Source of the DNA: Neophaeotheca triangularis
Taxonomy: Eukaryota
NCBI GenBank assembly: GCA_054600435.1
Contig: BAAIJX010000051.1
Span: forward strand, 124,001 to 161,469
Length of the DNA stretch: 37,469 bases
Direction of reading: 5' to 3'
In this document: positions 33,301 through 37,469 of the stretch, one piece after another
Position numbering within the stretch: position 1 is the first letter of the stretch
Layout: every line of letters starts with the position of its first letter
Position numbers and translations under genes: made by a program
Notes under the pieces: model-generated
Seen by the model: only the letters and a program-made list of their open reading frames with translations
What the model was told of the DNA's origin: nothing
Databases searched by the model: none

Positions 33301-35302
33301 ATCCGAGAGAGCTCGGCTCACGGTCGACCCTGATCGATCATGTCCGGGACGGTAAGCGGGCGATGGAGATTCAAGCTGGTCTGCGGTGATGCTTTGCTTT
33401 AGAAGGCTGCCCTGTTCGGCACGCTCCTGTCGAGCTTCTTGAGGGTGGTTAAAGCGGAAGATGTGGAAGTCGCCGAGAATGACTCTGTAGCCGCTGCGCA
33501 AGCGTTTTGGCATTTCTATCTTCACGCCGTTGACCATCACTGCTGCGCCGTCTTTCGGTACGACTGTGACTATTCCGTCGACATTCTCGAAGGTGCAATG
33601 GTCATGCAAGATTTTAGAACCGTTTAGCCGAATGTCTACAGTTCCTTCGCTGGCGCCATCCGTGGCTGGGTTGTTTGTCTCAACGTTGCCTACGGTCGTC
33701 GTGCCAGGCTTGAGATTGTAGACCTAGACGGGTCAGTTGATGTTCAAGACGGTATCTACTCAGTACATGACCAGGTGTCAGACTTACGAGGCATTCAGCT
33801 AGCAGCGGATCGTCGGACAAGTTGACAAGATGCGGCATCTTCTTCGGCGTTGTAAGGCCAACGTTGCCCTTTTCGATTGAGATACCCAGTTCTTCAAGTG
33901 CCACTTCCCGCTCTTTATGAATCTTCTCCGTGTTGGTCAACTTTTCCTCCCATGTCTGATTAAGGTCTTTGTACAGCTTCTCTGACTGAGACAGCTGCTC
34001 CGTTATATCTGCCTTTGAGACCTTCTTAATCGTCCCGTCGGCCTGCGTAATGCTGACCATTTGTTTTTCAAGCGGTGTGTCAGGCGCATACTGTTCCCCG
34101 GCAATAGCGCCGGCGCCACCAGTTGCAAGCTTCGATCGCAGTTGAGCAAGTTCATCTTTGAGCTCTCTGATCATGCGAGCATTAGGATCCTCGTTCACAA
34201 CTGCATGGTTCTTGATGCGTTTAGCGCTGTCGGCGTATCGGAGTGTAGAGAGCGTTTCCTCGAAGTTGATATCCGCTGGTGAAATTGCTGCTATCATAGC
34301 TGTCAAGCTGTTGCCGCCGAGAGAATCCTTCAAAAGCCATGTCAGAACGGAATCTCTGTAGGGAACCTGGGCGCCCTTCGACTTCGTCTTGGCAGATGAC
34401 ATATCTGCAAGTGCAGCAATGACACGACCGAGGGTCGAAAGAGACCTGTTGATTTCGGCGCCTTCTTTCAAGCGTGCGCCTGTAGCACCAGTGGAAGTAG
34501 CTCGCTCGGAACCGGCCAGATCAACAAGACTAATCTTTGCAACCTTCTCGGCATCCATGTTGGTCTCAGCATCATGCTTCTTCTGAGTCAAGGTGAGCGT
34601 AAAGACGGCATGGGAACGGGAAGACGTCTCGTTCATGTTTGTTGCGGCGACCGTCCTAGCCTTGTTGCCCTCATCCATCAGATGCTCAATCTCTCCAAAC
34701 CCCCTCACAACCAGCTTAGCTAGGTCCTCGACGTACGGGCCCGTGGCAGGGTGCTCGCGAACTTTGAGATTGCCTTTGGTGCTCGGGTTGAGCAGATCGC
34801 GTACTCGCTCGTTGTATATCTCCAGATATGAAACCTCGACCGTACAAGCCATCGATGTGTCCTGCTGCAGCGTCTCTATTCGATTGAACATGTCCCTGCA
34901 AATACGAGGTATAACACCCTCCTCTTCGCCATAGCCCATCATGCTGTAACTCTTTCCCGACCCTGTCTGGCCATATGCAAAGATACAGTTGTTGTAGCCT
35001 TGAAAAGCATTGTCCAGCAGCGGTGTTCCCAAGTCCTCAAAGACGTCTTCCTGGCCAGCAAAGTGTCCATCTTGACGGTTAAAGGACCAGTACGACTTGT
35101 CGAATGCGAATGTCTTTGTTTCGCTCGCGGCTACCTTGAGAGCTTTGCTAGCTTTCGGATCAACAGCAACCGGGGTCAAGACCGTTTGGGCATCCTTCAT
35201 AGACACAATGCATTTTGCCTTGCGGTCTTTCTCGCGGTTGTTAAAGGGCCGGACTCGAACGACGACCTTGATATTGCCGCCTCCTCCGCTTGGAGCGGCC
35301 AT
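30349..35302 (-). CDS. Kinesin-3 motor (Unc104/KIF1/UncA type), about 1629 aa, intron 33787-33724
   Basis: NIKVVVRVRP, FDKSYWS, P-loop GQTGSGKS, SSRSH and LVDLAGSER. PHLVNLSDDPLLAECL|VYNLKPG leads into an FHA domain (ILGDFHIFRFNHP), then coiled coil and a C-terminal PH domain. Confidence 0.96.
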
Positions 35303-35820
35303 GATTGCGGGAGACTGGTGTTATCGCTCAGCCATTGACCTAGAATATATGCCGTCCAAGAAGAAGAGGAAAGAAGCTCGTATGGCGGTTGGCAATGATG
35401 GAGTTGAGCGCGTCGAGTCTCGCGACTGCTGATGTTCCACGTTCCCGTCGTCGGAGCCAGCTGCCGAAGCCACCGACGACGTTGGACCCCTGACGCTCTA
35501 GCCACATGGCAGGCGGCGGCACTGAAGAAGACGGGACTTCGACTCATCCATGCTATATCAATCTCTTCAACGTCAGGGAAAGGGGCTAGAGAGACCATTC
35601 CAAGGTTGAGGATAAAACCTTTCTAAAGCGGATATTTCGATTAGTGCTGGGCAACAGTACTGGTCCGCAACCCGGTTTGCCCTGCTATTCCAGCGACACT
35701 GGAGGCACAAGAGAATCCAGAAAACGCAAAATTCGTATCCCAACTGGCATCTCTAGAGACACAAGACCACTATTATTCCTCCTACCCGCGCATTCTACCA
35801 CACAGAGTGGCACAAAGTCA

Positions 35821-37259
35821 ATGGCCGACGAAATGTTCAGACCCCCAGTCAACCGGGCGATGCGGACGCTGGATCGTTCCTTCTTCCAGCGCAAGGTCCC
35901 CTTGAAAGCCGCCCGTGTCTTTGAGAACAAAAACATCTCAAAACTGAGGACGCAACTGGAGAAGAGCAAAGATGCGCTGCAGAAGGACAGACTGGGTAAT
36001 GTCGCCTCGGATCCTGACGCGGACTTGGCCAAGTCTGGCAGAAAATGCATCCTTCTGCGGCCTGAACAGGCAAAAGACGGTAGGCCATGCTATCTCTCCC
36101 ACGCCACTTTAATCGTCCCCCCCAAGCGTGCTGATAGAGGTAGGTAGGTAACGAGCATCCTCACTCTCCCATCGTCTCAGAACTGGCCCAACAACAAGCC
36201 ATCTCCGTAATCCCCTACGACCTCCACCTCGACTACTCCTACTGGACTTACCACGATATCATGTCGGCCATCCTCCCTGAAGACGATCAAGGCGAGATCC
36301 CCTCAGGCTTCTCGCAAGTCGGCCACGTCGCCCACCTCAACCTCCGCGACGAGTACCTCAAGTACAAAACCCTAATCGCCACCATCCTCATGGACAAGAA
36401 CCAGGGCGTGCGCACCGTCATCAACAAAATCGACGACGTAGGCGAGGAGAACGAATACCGTACTTTCAAGTACGAAGTGCTGGCCGGACCCGACGACCTG
36501 AACGTCACCATCAGCGAGGAAAACTGCACCTTCAAATTCGATTACAGCAAAGTCTACTGGAACAGTCGGCTCAACACCGAGCACCGGCGACTCGTCAACC
36601 TCTTCTCACCCGGTGAAGCCATCTGCGACGTCATGGCCGGCATAGGTCCCTTTGCCGTGCCGGCGGGCAAAAAGGGCTGCTTCGTCTGGGCCAACGACCT
36701 AAACCCCGCCAGCCACGCCAGCCTCAGCGACGCCATCAGCCGCAACAAAGTCGCCTCCCACGTACGGCCCTTCAACCTCGATGGCCGCGCCTTCATCCGC
36801 GACGCCACGGCCCAACTGCTCCAATCCCCTCCCGAGACCATCGACACCTACTCCAAACCCTCGCGCAAAGACGCCACCGCGCAACCCCACCTCCTCTCTT
36901 CCCTCACCCGCCCCACCCTCTTCACCCACTACGTCCTCAACCTCCCCGCCTCAGCCCTAACCTTCCTCCCCGCCTTCATCGGCCTCTACCCCACGAACCT
37001 GCGCTCCCTCGTGCCGCAGGACCACCCCCTCCCCACCATCCACGTCTACTGCTTCTCCACCAAATCCGAGACCAACGGCCCCGAGACCCTCAAAATCTGC
37101 TCCGAAATCAGCTCCCTGCTGAACCACGACATGCACCCCGGCCCGCTCTCCGAACCCAATGCCGTCCAAATCCACGACGTCCGCGACGTCGCGCCAAAGA
37201 AACGCATGTTCTGCGCCAGTTTCAGACTGCCCGCTGACGTCGCTTTTCGCGACGTGTGA
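35821..37259 (+). CDS. TRM5: tRNA (guanine37-N1)-methyltransferase Trm5, about 456 aa, intron 36080-36147
   Basis: MFRPPVNRAMR.LDRSFF, LDYSYW, IPSGFSQVGHVAHLNLR, FDYSKVYWNSRLNTEH, DVMAGIGPFAVPA, ANDLNP, NLPASA and VRDVAPKKRMFC.SF.LP. Confidence 0.95.
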
Positions 37260-37328
37260 GGCCTGAAACCGGCTTCGCCAATGAACCCGGATATACCCGG
37301 TCGGTGGGTGGGTGGAGAAGTGGGTGGA

Positions 37329-37362
37329 TGAGTGAATGAGTGAGTGAGTGAGTGAGTGAGTG
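37329..37362. repeat. (TGAG)n microsatellite
   Basis: tgagtgaatgagtgagtgagtgagtgagtgagtg downstream of TRM5. Confidence 0.9.
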
Positions 37363-37412
37363 CCAAGTAAGCATCGTGGCCAGTATCTCGAGGCGTGAAG
37401 CAGGGAAAAAAA

Positions 37413-37441
37413 GGGGGGGGGGGGGGGGGGGGGGGGGGGGG
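37413..37441. repeat. Poly-G tract (about 29 G)
   Basis: Homopolymer run read directly from the sequence. Confidence 0.9.
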
Positions 37442-37469
37442 TGAGCCGGGCATTGGGGTGGGGTGCGGG

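Noticed and set aside
1..37469. Prokaryotic systems (CRISPR, operons, IS elements) or intact transposons
   Set aside because: The sequence is intron-containing fungal DNA. I saw no repeat-spacer arrays, transposase or reverse transcriptase motifs, or terminal repeats.

Overview
This window is gene-dense eukaryotic DNA from a filamentous ascomycete, judged by short GT-AG introns with CTRAC/CTAAC branch points and Pezizomycotina-type proteins; Dothideomycetes is only a guess. I can support 16 protein-coding genes: Prp4 (5' end only), ACC deaminase, two Dal5/allantoate-family MFS transporters, a type-B carboxylesterase, SNM1/PSO2, a secreted M14 carboxypeptidase, pirin, alpha-acetolactate decarboxylase, a tandem-UBC E2, TRS23, a CYSTM protein missed by the ORF track, PXMP4, an IMPACT-family protein, kinesin-3 (Unc104/KIF1) and TRM5. 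I found no tRNA, rRNA, CRISPR array or recognisable intact transposon. The best candidate for an undescribed system is a three-gene module at 1.2-7.1 kb between the housekeeping genes PRP4 and SNM1: ACC deaminase, a Dal5-type permease and a divergent cytosolic serine hydrolase, with GATA sites and a repeated GAACGGAG motif upstream. It could import, de-acylate and deaminate ACC conjugates; this function is inference. Other points of interest are a bacterial-type acetolactate decarboxylase, a start codon split by an intron, stop-free 3n introns, possible non-AUG or alternative N-termini, and several possible gene relics. Exon boundaries were read by eye and need RNA-seq confirmation.
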